A DNA stretch of 64,000 nucleotides, from positions 1,240,001 to 1,304,000 of the forward strand of contig CP089278.1 of the NCBI GenBank assembly GCA_023920165.1, in the 5' to 3' direction. The notes beneath the pieces are model-generated. The model saw only the letters and a program-made list of their open reading frames with translations. It ran no database searches and was not told the DNA's origin. The DNA comes from Curvularia clavata (taxonomy: Eukaryota). Below, piece after piece: positions 1-12,466 of this stretch. A program made the translations under genes and the position numbers. Positions within the stretch are counted from its first letter, which is position 1; every line of letters starts with the position of its first letter.

Positions 1-49
1 CGAGGCAGGTATGGAGGACGAGGATATGGATGCCGATAATGACTTCTAG
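1..49 (+). CDS. 3' end of an upstream gene (acidic C-terminal tail), truncated by the window edge
   Basis: The frame from nt 2 reads EAGMEDEDMDADNDF-TAG(47-49) and is followed by UTR-like sequence. Too short to identify. Confidence 0.45.
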   Translation, partial: EAGMEDEDMDADNDF

Positions 50-602
50 ATTATGCATAAGAAAGGAACAGAGCAGCTGTGGATGTAGGAGTTTCTGGGT
101 ACGGCGTACAAAGGCGTTGGATATCCAAGCGACGCTTAGGGCATTTCTATTGTATTTGCAGCTATCTGCAGGCTTCCGCATAGCTTACAACCTAACAATT
201 GTATCCCAATGTCTGCACTGAATGCGTTTGGATGAGCGTCGTGTGAGCTGGGTGTATGATCACATGCCAAGGCAAGCATCTGCAGACGAGCATCATAGTA
301 GCGGCATGAACGATCGCGGGGTCTTTAGCGAAAAGTGGGAGAGCTTCGCAAATGCAGGATACCTTCCCATTGTCCACATCAGTTCAGACCCTGCTTTCGA
401 TGCTTGCAAAAGGAAGTGCTTCTTCCGAGTCTTGTTCCCGGGATTACCTTCTAGAATAGGCTTACCTCCAACGACGATTCTTGCGCCTTCGCGGCTAGTA
501 GACGACAACGATAAGCCTGCGCCAGCTTCCACTTGGCCTTTATTCATCCCCGGAGACGGTTGCGCATGCCATAGACTTTGCAACTAGATTCACATCGCAA
601 CC

Positions 603-1349
603 ATGGCACCCGTCGCAGCAAACAACTTTGCGCAGTTCATGGTAGTGGGACGTATGTAGACCCCTCACTCAGTTCAGCCTCAGCCCCAGCCCCAGCCTCA
701 GCCGCCGCCGCCGCCTTGCAGCGCAAAGCCCCGTCGCTCTCACATATTCAATTGCGCATACAAACCTCCTTCTAACAAGCATACAGCAACATGTTTTTTC
801 CTTGGAATCCTGTTCGCACAATTGCCCTACGACTACAATGTCCTGTGGGCAACACCGGACGACCGCACGTCGTACTTTGACATTCTCGAGTCGCACATCA
901 AGTTTCTCTACGCCTCACCTCCCATCGTGTCCCGGATCCTCAATCTCGTCATTGGCACCGGCCTCCTCGGCTTCCTAATCAAGCTCTTCAAGCCCAACCA
1001 GGCCAACATGCTCTTCGACGGCGCATCCCTTGTCCTCTACATGGCCGGCATTACCGTCTACCTGACCAACATCGTCAAGGGCTTCAGGGTCGTGACGGCC
1101 GGTATCTACGGTGATATTGACAAGGCAAATCCGGGTGAGATTAGCGAAGAGGATATGGGCGATTACATCTCGAGGGAGGATACGCTGAGGGTTTTTGCAG
1201 CCAGTAACACGATTCTTGCGCTTGTGCTTGTGGGTGTGCTAGTGCTGCAGGCGGGTCAGTGGTATGCTAAGCGGGTGGAGGAACAGGAGATTCAAGAAAT
1301 TGAGCGTTTGGCGGAGGAGAAGAAGAGCGCGGGAAAGAAGAAGCAGTGA
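603..1349 (+). CDS. SHR3: ER membrane chaperone for amino-acid permeases (Shr3 family), 2 exons
   Basis: ATG603 MAPVAANNFAQFMVVG, intron 652-786 (GTATGT..CTAAC..CAG), then PTCFFLGILFAQLPYDYNVLW...LFKPNQANMLFDGASLVLY...AASNTILALVLVGVLVLQAGQWYA. Four TM segments and a charged tail. Confidence 0.93.
667..714 (+). repeat. Degenerate (CAGCCY)n followed by (GCC)n microsatellite inside the SHR3 intron
   Basis: ctcagttcagcctcagccccagccccagcctcagccgccgccgccgcc. Confidence 0.7.
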
Positions 1350-1989
1350 GAAAGTGTTTCCTTCTTTTTCGAAATGGAAAAAGCAAATGCCACGTAAGGT
1401 TGATAGTGGGGTGTTTTGAATATCTCTCATCCTACGAAGGACATTGCATTGCTTTGAGATAGGGTTAGGGACTATGGAAGACTGCATGCGTGTGAATAGG
1501 AGGTTCCGATTTGGGAATGTTATGTATCTAGGTAAAGGCAGATGGGAAGGCGTGGGCATGCATATTTCTCATTTTTCAAGCTACATAGTGTCGAGTTCAT
1601 GTCCTAATCAATCACTTTGACATTATAATTTCTCGCCCTGTATATCTTTGTTGCAGCAGTGTAATAGAGCAGGTGATTTTAGAGCGTTGCCATAATGTCT
1701 GCTTTGACTACAGCCGGACGCCACCCAGCATTATCGATCATTTAGCCGTCTCACTCAGTTCCTCACATCTAAACTCATGCTTCCAAGCATCTTTCGTTCG
1801 CAGCTGATGTAAGCCACGCAGTCTCGTGGCATTGGCACAGGGTCCACTTGTTTGCTCCTTCATTGTTTACCTGACAGCCCACCCTGAGACAAGCACACCT
1901 TGACTTTGCAACGCCTTGATCGAACTCTCGCTGCACCGACCAAACATTGCCTCTGCCGTGTGAAACACTGAATCCGAAGTTTGTCTAAC

Positions 1990-3315
1990 ATGACGCATAG
2001 TCTCCTCAGTCATCAGCTAGCAACCATCACGAATATCCTGAGAGAGAGTGAGCAACGTGGAGCAAACAAACACGCAAGAGTTATGCCATCAGGATGCAAT
2101 GAAGGGTCAGAGAACGTAGCCTCTGTCACAGCCAGAGCGGTGTGCGAAGACACAGCAAGGACTACCGGTGTGTCACTGTCAAAAGGTAAGCGTCCCGAGG
2201 CTTACCAGACCAGCACGCAGAGATTATCACTCAAATGCACTTGCTAACATTCGTGCTATGAAGGCATGCACATGAAGCAGCATACCCTGCCAAGCGAAGT
2301 GAATGCCGAGGACTTGGACAATCCACGGCGAATGCTCAAAGAGCTCATGCGTGATTCGCAAGAACGCCGGGCCGAGAAAAGCCATGCCGGATCCAATAAT
2401 TCAAAGCGTACAGACATATCCAAATCAGTCGTGACCACAAGCCAGTACGGCGCTGTCGGAGACGACCCAAAAGAGATGCTGCAGGAGTTGAACCGACGCT
2501 ATTGGGCTGCAAAGGCGTTAAGCAGTCACGACGAGACTAGTCATCTCACCGGCTCGAAGGCTATGCTCACAGACATCAAGAAGGAGAGACAAGCGTTAGG
2601 TCTAGACGCGTACCAAGACACTGAGTCCAACCTTGAGACTGTCTTTGAGAGATCGACAACCACACATTCGCCTTTCCGTTTGTTAGCGCCCCAACACACG
2701 ATGAGTGCTAGCGGATCAATGCTTGCTTCCTCCGCGGCGACGTCGACAATCTGTCGGCACTCCGGACCACCCATGACTGACGCGTTAGACCGGGAGACCA
2801 TCCCATATGCTGTGGCGCTCATGCTAGAAAGTGCTGGTTGCAAATGGGAAGAAGTCATGGGTTGGACCCTGTTTTTATTCAGCAGCGGCATGGATGAGTA
2901 CAGGGTCAGGCAAGAGAGGAAACAAAAAGCTCAGGAAAAGGAGACATTCGACGCTATGATGGCACGTTTGCTAGCAAGAGAGGAGAAGCGCCGTGCAGTC
3001 GAGAAGACGCCGTTCGCTAATCGTGTTATTCTCTCCGATCTAGCTGCTGACGTCGACCCAAAGTCCATCCACCAATTCTTTTCCAAATACCAAAAGGATA
3101 TGTAAGTTTATTAGCTGGCTGACTGTATTCAAACAAGTACTGATTCAGATGCTTATAGTCGCGATATCACTCTGCTTCCTGACCGCGACCCTGTTAAACG
3201 GACAAGAACTGCATACGTTGACATGTCCTCTAGGACCGCCGCAGTCTGTGCTTCGTTTGAGTTTGGATACATCTATGGGTTGAAAGTCCAGAGCAAGTTG
3301 GCAGTCGAGGAGTAG
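1990..3315 (+). CDS. Hypothetical protein with a C-terminal RRM-like domain, 3 exons
   Basis: ATG1990. Introns 2186-2263 (GTAAGC..CTAAC..AAG) and 3102-3158 (GTAAGT..CTGAT..TAG) keep the frame. The C-terminus RVILSDLAADVDPKSIHQFFSKY..IRDITLLPDRDPVKRTRTAYVDM resembles RNP2/RNP1. Confidence 0.7.
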
Positions 3316-5345
3316 TCGGGGCTAATACATATGGCTGTGGTGGTTCGAATATGGCGTGGGAAGGAGTCCGGATGGCTTGTGTATGTATACTCGTATGTAC
3401 TGTGAAAGTTGAGGATGTGCTGTGCTGTCGTTATGCAGGGAACGCGAAGCAGAAGTAAAAATACAAGGGCTAACTAATAACGTCATCAGTCTATTCTCTT
3501 GTGCCAAACCACACTTTATTCATGCTTTCACTTCCATTCATTTTCTAACATCCGCGCGTACATCATGCCATGTGACGTTACGCACGTTACATATGGTAGT
3601 CCGCTAGTCTGCAAACCAAAAATATCGGGAGCTTGGACTCGCAATTCCACAATGAATCTGTGACTCTCCCGGATCGACGTCCAGCTTGCCACGAGGGCAA
3701 GGGCAAGTATGGGAAAAAGCAAAGGCCATTTGCAAGCAAGGAGTGGATTTCCACTCTGTCGGAATTCGGTCCTTGGGGATGCCGTGTTTCCGACATGAGT
3801 CGCTGCTTTCGCTACTATGAAAATCGGTGCTTCATGTTAGGGCTTTGCGTTGTTTCACGTCCCACTTCAGGAGGAGGAGGGCAGAGGAGGGACCAAGAAA
3901 GGGGGCGACTGCAAAGAAGGAGGGTGCTGGGCGTTGAGTCATGGGCAACAGGCCATGGCATGATGTTTCTTGGACCTGATTGATTGGCATGGCAATTGGT
4001 GCTTGCGTGTGCAGAAAAAAAGTATCGTCTCAGCTCTCCTGTAGGAAGCGAGTCGTTTCCAAGCTACAGGACGGGGAGGCTTTGACCTAAGAAGATTCCG
4101 CGTGGTAGGCGAGTAGGGGTCGTGCAGACAAAGAAATAGTACAGAGGAGCGGAGCCCAACCAGTTGACGAACTGGTCGGGGAAGCGAACGGGATAGGTTC
4201 GGAGGGGCCATAGACCAGTGGCGGGACGGGGAAAGGCAGACGGCGATCTGCACGCACTGGTGACATTTGATCACAAACTATGGATATATCTAGCATTAAC
4301 CGCACTTAGCTGTGCATCCTGAGCTATCCGAGAGAAAGAGGGCATGTTTTCTGGCTCCCCGGTCGAACCACTGCTGTAGGCGACAGCTCCACGCGCCACA
4401 ATTGGCTGTGGCTGGGCGGATGGGCCAATTTCCAACGCCCGCTCGGCTATGTCCTGCTATCAAACTGTCCGAGATACCCCCTTGGGTAGAGGCCTTTGCA
4501 GCTGATTTTAGCGAGTGGGCATCTCAGGAAAGAAAGTCGTACGAATCATCCAGCTGTCAGACTTGACAGGACTGAGTATTAAGCCACCCGCTTGTGGTGT
4601 GAGAGGCCCTGGTTCAGTCCCCTACACTGGCGACGCGTGGTGCATAATGTTCTCAGATTTTGGCACATGCTGCGCCCCAATCTCGCTCTCTCGATCTCTT
4701 CTTTCTCGCACGCCGTCTCGCACCTGAGTAAGCGTACCGAGCGCCGACATGCTTTTTCTTGCTGTTTTGCCATTGCCACACACACGGGATATTCCGATCG
4801 CTCGGGATGTGGATGGCGATGGAGGATGGCGCAATCTTTACTAGATCAAGTATCGCCCAGCACACACGCACATGCACACGTGTGCTAGATCGGCTGCGGG
4901 AGAGCATCGCCTAGATTACGGCCGTTTCTCTGACACTGCGAGACAGGGTCTGCACGAGACAGGTGGATTGGTTCGTCGGTGCCTGACGGGGCGCATGGAC
5001 AATGGGTATACACTAACCTTCCCCGGGATCACAGGTAGAGTGGTAGGGTCATCGTTGCCGGCCCACGATTCAGCATGTATTCAAGTGGCGTCTCAGTTCA
5101 TTTAGCACGGGATTTGTAAGAAACCATTGAACCGGAATATCGCCGTTCCCCGGTCCTAATTAGTACCTATCTACGGTGCCTTTCTGTCGCTCAAAATTCT
5201 AGAAAACAAGCCGTGTCCTCATTGCTGCTGATCCCTTGCTCCGGTTCCTTTTTTCTTTTTGTGAGGCCGTTTGCCCATCTCATCGTTGCGAAGAAGCGCC
5301 GACCTACCCTTGCCGATGTATCCGCGTTGCGCTGTCTGATTGAAG

Positions 5346-6757
5346 ATGGCATCCAACTTCGTCAACATGGACCCACGTCTGGAGAAGGAAACTCGGGTAA
5401 GCAAGCGGGAGACAAGAATTTGGCTGACATTGCATGGCTGACGTCCTTTAGGTGCCTCTTGGTCTCGGCATAACCATCGGCTTCACAGTACTGTCGTGCT
5501 CCACAGTGGCTCTTCGGCTTTACACAAAGTACGGTCACTTGCAAGCCCATTACTTCATGGCACTAACAAACATCTAGGAAAGTAATTCTGCGCCATGTTC
5601 GGAGTGACGATTATGTCATCCTCCTGGCCCAGATCCTTGGTTTGGGTCTGGCTACTGTCAATATCATTTGCTTCACTGTCGGCGGAATCGGGCGGCATGT
5701 TCAGTTTGTCACGGACAAATTGCCCATGTTCTTGAAGGTGGGACAGAAGATACGTGCGAAAAGGTGTACTGCGGGCCACTGACTTGGAGTAGCTGGTTTA
5801 TTCTGCAATGGCAATTTACAACGCGACACAGATTGCCACAAAGATATCGCTTTTGCTGCAGTACAGACACATCTTCCCAGACCGGAAGATGCGGGTCATA
5901 TGCAATTGGGGCGTGGGGTTTCTTTTGGTGTGGGGAGTTGCACAGCAGTAAGTTCAAGTTCATATGGAAATGTTTTTGACATCGAAGCTGACATGTTGTT
6001 CCCAAGGATATACACCTCGTGCGCCTGTGGAATCATGCAACTCATACACCCAAAGCAGGTGGCTTGTATCAGACCAGACATGTGAGCAAGATAACACTGG
6101 GGTCCGACGAGTATTCCAGTTTGCTAATCAAGGCGCAGACCATTCTTGATCAACGGCGTCATGAACATGGTTACAGACTTTGCTATTCTTATCATCCCGG
6201 TCAAACCTATAGTCAATTTACAGATCAACACTCTACGCAAAGTCTACCTCTTGGTGGTTATGTGCTTGGGTCTCATGTAAGTAACATCGCTTCCAACTCT
6301 TCACTATCAGGATTGACCTGACGCTCTTAGCGTATGTGCTATTTCGGCCATAAGACTCGGCCTGCTCGTCAACACCGGGAAAGAAGATACAGATGGAACC
6401 TGGGATATGGCCGTGACAGCCTACTTATCCATCATGGAGACAAACCTCGGCATAATATGTGCATGCGTGCCGACGCTTCGCCCACTCGTCAAGAAGATTG
6501 CGCCCGTTTTGGTCGGATCATCCAACAGAGATATTACCGGCTATGGGAAAAGCACCAGACTCGACGAAGAGAGCTCGCGGAGACACAAGAGTACAGCGGA
6601 TGGCTCCATCTACATACAAAAGGATGTCAATTTTCATAGCACAACAGAGCTTAGGACGCCTTCCAACAATGTCAAGGATCCTTATGCGATTGAGGACAGG
6701 TCGTCGGATGAAATAAGCCTGCAGCAGCTACAGCCATCCGGTTCAAGGAAGGTGTAG
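5346..6757 (+). CDS. PTH11-like integral membrane protein (fungal rhodopsin-domain GPCR-like, no CFEM), multi-exon
   Basis: Spliced translation gives VALRLYTK..DDYVILLA..GIGRH..TKISLLLQYRHIF..LSIMETNLGIICACVPTLRPL, hallmark PTH11-like motifs. About five canonical short introns. Confidence 0.88.
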
Positions 6758-9700
6758 GATGTCATTTCTTATGTAATACCTGAAGACGTATATGACGACT
6801 AATACGCACGTAATATGTTCATGATCTTAGAGTAATACGATTACCATGGTAATTCATGTTCCTATGTTGGAATTTCTTATGATTATCCTCCAAACTCTTG
6901 TTACTTGGCTATGTCCATCCAGACAAACAGGAGAGCAATCCGCCTTCAGCTCTACCAGGGTCTGCGCTATCCCTTTTCATTCTCAAGCTCTCCGCACCGA
7001 AGGACAGAAAGTATACGCTAGTACGGAGCGAGAAGAATGAGCGAGAAAAGACAACCCTCCTCGAGCTAGTCTGCTCCCTTTAGAGCAAACAAGATCTAGA
7101 TTAGCAAGACCAGATCTTGTGCCATTGACCGCGATGCGTTAGGCTTCCCGCCAGGCTAGTTGGGTGCGCGGATGTGATACCCTATGCATTTAGGCACATT
7201 GAACACACGAGCCCACAAACACAAAGTTTAACTACGAACCTGTATATGTAGGTAGGATTTAAGGTTTTTACGTGCGGTACTTTATGTGCTGTCTGCCGCA
7301 TGCAGAAGCTTGTGGCTAAGAACAGGGTCTGTACCTATGGATGACGCTAGGGGAACTGAGCGGGATACAGCGAAGTCAAGACCGGAAGACTTGCACAATG
7401 TATATAACGATGATAAGACAAAATCATGTCGTTGTGCTCTTCACAGTCGGTGTCTTCCTTCAAAACACTACGCATCAACAAAGAGATTCATGAAAGCGCA
7501 CTTACGCGCGTCTAGCTAGCCCTTTTCTTCTATGTACCGTGCCGTTCCGTGCCACGAACGCACGTCTTCGCGGCAACCGAAAGCGGCAAAGAAACGCAGA
7601 GTAGGAACAGAGGATCACACCGATCGCGGGATCTGTGGCACATGTAATTTTATTGCCTGAATCCTTTCAACAGTGCTGTGGAAAAAAATGAAGATGTGGC
7701 AGAGGAAGCGCGGATAGCCGCCAGCGGACTCTGCCGCCATCAAGGCAATTACCACTAGTACCTACCACCTGCCCCAGTCTGGTCTTGGGCTCCTCGTTGT
7801 AGGAGTATGCATTGTGCAACGGGCTTGCCTGTGTATGCTAGCAGCAAACGTGCTGCTGTAAATGTGCCGATGACGAAGCTAATAGAAGGGTAGTAAACCG
7901 GGGCGAGGCGGAGAAGGCGAGGGTGCCGCCGGCGTCTATTGCTTCAATGCTGCGGCCGGCGGTTCTCTCGGCTCAATAGTAGAACGTGAGTTACGTGCAT
8001 GTGACGCAGGATTCGTACAGAGATGCGAGGCAAGGGTTCAATTGTGGGTGTGGGTGTGGGCTGCCTCGAGGGTTTTCCCAAGAGAGGGAAAGGGCGAGAA
8101 GAATCACACATGGGTTATTTACACCGGTGAGAGTAGTCTGTATGTGTTGTGTTGGAGTAGGTGTATATTGGTTTTGGAGTTTCCTGTATCGATTGAGCGT
8201 TGTTGTCGCAACGCAGCAAGGTTGAAAGATCCTGTTCATGACGGGTTGTATGGATTGCGGATAATGAGGTGTTGAAATAGTTGTGTACCTGGGTGATAGT
8301 GAATTAATACTTTCTCCGCATCAATTCCCTTTACCCTCCCCCAACTCAACCACATAACATCCAGAACAACCTAGGAAAAACCCCCTCGACAACGCACACA
8401 TCACCCACATTCCATCTGTTCTCAATCCCCAATCTCCCCATCCCGTCTCCAACTCACATGATCTCACGTACCCTCGCAGCAAAACTCCCCTAGCGCCGCC
8501 CGTCTCCACAGCCCTGGTTAAGCGCCCAACCCCTGCCCCCCATGTCTGCATCCCTGCCCACCGTCCCGCTCCGACCTTGCAATTGGCCCACTCACAAAAC
8601 AGCAGGCGGCCCATACAAGGCACACCACACCACACCACTCCGCTCCGCGCCCACCCTTGTCCAGCGCAAAAAGGAAGCGGGAAGGTAACACAGTCTTGGG
8701 AATCTTGAGTCTCTCTGGTCAGCCCTTGTTCATGCTCGATCAGGTTTCCCCCTTCTTTCGTTGTGTGTTTCAGTCGTGTAGTCCTTCGCTGTCTAGCTCA
8801 GCCCCCCTTCCCTTCTATCTCTGTTCTAATCTGAGTAAGTGGTTGACACATTTCACCCCTCCACACATCCCCAACCCACCCATGATACCAGTAATTTGGA
8901 CAACACTCGCCAAGCCTTCCACCCATCGCATCTTGCGTGATCTCCAGCCAGAGACACGGCGGCAAGTGGAGACTGACCGAGCAAACGAGCGACAACACAT
9001 ACATACATGGTACATACATGCCTTTTTTCTCACCTGCCTACCTTCACATGTACGAACACAACGACCTCGGGTTCTTTTGAGAAAGAACCCAAGAATTACT
9101 TAGAACAAGAGTGACTGGAAGTACATGTCTCACTACAAAACCAGCCATCCAGTGAATTTTTTTTTAAGAAAAAAGCCCTATTTGGCTATTCCAAGCGCAA
9201 AGTAGATAGCTTTTCGGGCAGATACCCCATGTCGTCTTATCTAGAGTTAATTGGAGAGGTTTGTGCTTGTGCTCCAACTTGCAGTCTGCGGGCGGTCTAT
9301 CTCTCCTGCAAGGCCAGTTCATCAGGGTAAAGACAGTGCCAGTCAAGTCAACGTTTTTTTTTCGCATCCGATTTTCATCCTACAAAGGGATTAGGCCGCC
9401 TGCGAGATTTTTTCTCACTCTCTCTTCACCGGATTAGATGCGACGCATCACAATCAAAGAGGGAAAGGGTTGCGGGCGTCTGTCTAGCGGTCTGTGACAA
9501 GTTTCTTTCTTTTCTGATTTCGTGCATATATATGTAGGGGTGTTGGGTATTATAGTTCTGGGGGTGGGGTGCTTAACCCTTGTATTACCAGTCACTGACA
9601 AGACGAAGAACATGAACAGCAAGACATCGTATCCATTTCCTGCATATCGGGGCATTTCTCAATTCTCTCTCTGTTAATCTCTCTCATACACAAAACCCTT

Positions 9701-10615
9701 GCATACGCTCATCTCGGAGTAAAGCCAAACAGAAAATATGCGCATACTCATCTGACCCTGCTAGGCCCGCGTACAGGCCCGCTCTCGAGCCAGGCCCTCT
9801 GTTTTACCGCTCTCTCCTACCACACACACCTCCCCCCGGCCCCAGATGTGGCATTCCAGCCAATACAAAAAGGGCCTTGCATGCAGCTTCTGTTTTCTTG
9901 CCGCCCAGCATACATGACAATCGTGCCCCACGTGCGCCCCTCGCTAAACCTCGCCTTCCTGTACCCTCGTTGCGGGCAGTCTGATAAACTCCAAGGGTAG
10001 AGAGTTAATCAATATACCCGCCCACACACACACCCCTCCCCTCCATCGCGCTCAGCCTATTGGTGCACCAAGGATGCGTTGGCGCCAATCGCCCCGCAGC
10101 CCGTTGAGTGGTATCCTTGCTAAGAAAAAAAACATGGTAATGGTGACAGAAAACTTGCCCAACGCCGAATGATAACATTTTCCGCCGTGAAAAAAAGGTG
10201 TCGTGAGAAGAAGGACGTGGCCGTAACGTCGTTCCTCTAATTCATCGTTGGGGGGGTTGTGATACTAAACATAAGAAAAATAGAAGAGGTGATCAAAAGA
10301 CAGCAGTAGAGTAATTGTGGTAGATTGTCGATTGTGGATAGTGATAATGTGGTGTGTGATGATTGGAAAGTAATGTTTGCGATCGGATCGCCTGGACCCG
10401 AGAGTATTAGTTGAATGGCCGGGTGATTGGTGTAAGTCGTGTATAATGTCGGCGGTTGATGTTTGGACGAATAGAAAAACTAGGCGCCGTATGTATGTGT
10501 GGGCGCCAATGCAGGGCGTCAAGAAGCATTGTAGCGTAGCACAAGCGGTTGCGTCAACACCCATGCTCAACCTGTCCTAGCAAAGCCAGTGTGTCTGCGT
10601 AACAGCGGTGCGTCG

Positions 10616-11365
10616 CTACTCAATCTTTCTTCTTTTCCCGCGCGGTGCGGGGTCGATTTGTGGAAAGTGTGGCGCTTTTGCGTCGACGGGCGTGCGACTG
10701 TAAGTCACTGTCCTCGTCACAACTTCACGCACGCTGACACGCCTCGACCTGCCAGTCTTCTTCTCCGCATCCCACGTCTTGGGTGATGAGACTGCAGAGA
10801 AGGGTGATTGGATAGACTTTGCGCTTGCAGGCGACCTTACTGCAGCAGGCGAATAGGGTGATGGAGGGATGTAGAGGCGGGGTGTCCGCGCTGAGTGTGG
10901 GCGTCTGAAGGGTGATGGAGGTGGAATAGTGACGGTCTGGACCTTGGTTGGTGGCGCAGACATTGGTGGTTCTTTTGAATCCTCCTTGGAATTGTCGCAA
11001 CTGCTGCAGCTGCTGGATCTTGACGTTGCTGGCGAGTCCTTGTCGGCTGGGGCAGATGTCGATGTGAATGATGCACTCGAGGCCGCTGATGTGATTGAAG
11101 GAGTACGGCTCTCTCCAAAGACAAACCTCGAACTAGTACCGGTGGACATGGGGCTTGAGAGAACGGGCGACAGGTTCTTGAGGAATTCCAGGTAGGCCGT
11201 GGGTGGAGTGATGGGCGTCTTGAGATCTGAGTCTTCTCTCTTAATGTTGGCAAAGATGGGTGTCGTAGCAGAAGTGACCATGGGCGACCTGAGTTCTGAC
11301 GGGTAGGTGGCAGACATGGGAGTCTTGAGCGAAGACAGCGTCGGCTTAGAGTCGGTGGCAGCCAT
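10616..11365 (-). CDS. Hypothetical Ser/Thr/Pro-rich protein (249 aa) with a C-terminal basic NLS-like motif
   Basis: Single-exon ORF, ATG in caacATGg context. Ordered islands PSELRSP, KTPITPPTAYLEFLK, VREVVTRTVTY, PAPRGKRRK. Confidence 0.8.
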   Translation of the reverse strand: MAATDSKPTLSSLKTPMSATYPSELRSPMVTSATTPIFANIKREDSDLKTPITPPTAYLEFLKNLSPVLSSPMSTGTSSRFVFGESRTPSITSAASSASFTSTSAPADKDSPATSRSSSCSSCDNSKEDSKEPPMSAPPTKVQTVTIPPPSPFRRPHSARTPRLYIPPSPYSPAAVRSPASAKSIQSPFSAVSSPKTWDAEKKTGRSRRVSVREVVTRTVTYSRTPVDAKAPHFPQIDPAPRGKRRKIE

Positions 11366-12466
11366 GTTGTCGAGAAGTGGATTGAAGTGGTCTTGAACGA
11401 GTGACGGGCTGGCGGGCTGTGCTATGCCTTCTTCCACAGCAAAGTGGAAAAGTTGGAGAGCGAGGCAGGCAGACAGGTACCTATAGGCGCCTGGGGAAGG
11501 GCGTGTTTATTGTATGTACGATGACACTAGCTTGACGCGGATGCGCTGTTGTCGTTGGCCGCTGTATGGGCCGGGTGGGGTTATTTTTGGGCGCGAAGAG
11601 TCCCAGCGTTTCCTAAGCGCCGAGGGCAAGGATATGCAGGCCCCGTGCACTGGTGAACACCTCCACCGGGATTCGATTCGCTGAGCTCAAATGTGCCGTC
11701 TCTTCGGCCCCTGCAGGTCTCGAGACTCTGACCGGCCGGCTGCCGTGTCTGATTCGCCGCGAGATTGACGGATGTGTGATGGTAGAGGCGGATGTGCGGG
11801 AGGCCAAGCTCGTAACCTGAAGCTGAACGTGGCGACCTCGTAGTACGGTATAGCAAAGAAAAGCCTGAGACAAGCTGGCTGAGACGCTGGCGTCAGATGA
11901 TGAGCAGAGGTGGGTGTAGCAAGCAAGTACAGTAAAGGTGCTTCAGGATAGTTGGTGCTGCTGCATACAGACCGGAGCAGTGTGCAGGCTGTGCAATCTC
12001 CTTTCGGGGGAGCATTACATGATTTTATGTCTTGCTCGCAGCCGCTGTCTATCTCTATGCTGCTCACGAGAATGCGCGCGCTTCCATCTGATACCTTGCC
12101 TCCGCTCTTCTGCCACCTATTCTATGCTCCCAGCACCTGACTCTGGTTCGCCGTTGAAACAACCACGACCAGCGCTTACACATGGCTCTTGCTGGGTGCC
12201 TATCACGTTGTCCAAACAGGTCCTCAACCACGATATGTACGGGTATGCGGCGACCCGCCCGCCTGCCCTTTGTTACACTGCACATAGCTGGCCAGCCAAT
12301 GGCCGTTTCCTGCCATATGCAAGATGAAGCCACGCGCGGATACTCCGACTATACGGTCCAAAAAAAAGTCCAATGCACCATCCTCGGGTCCTCTAGACTG
12401 TGGCGACCGAGGAGGTCGGTCCAAGTTCCGTTGTGCCCCGCCCCAACCAGGAATCCGGCTGTCCCT

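Noticed and set aside
1460..1470. TAGGGTTAGGG telomere-like or telomerase-template-like motif
   Set aside because: Under two repeat units, located in the SHR3 3' UTR, with no supporting TER structure or room for one. Likely chance.
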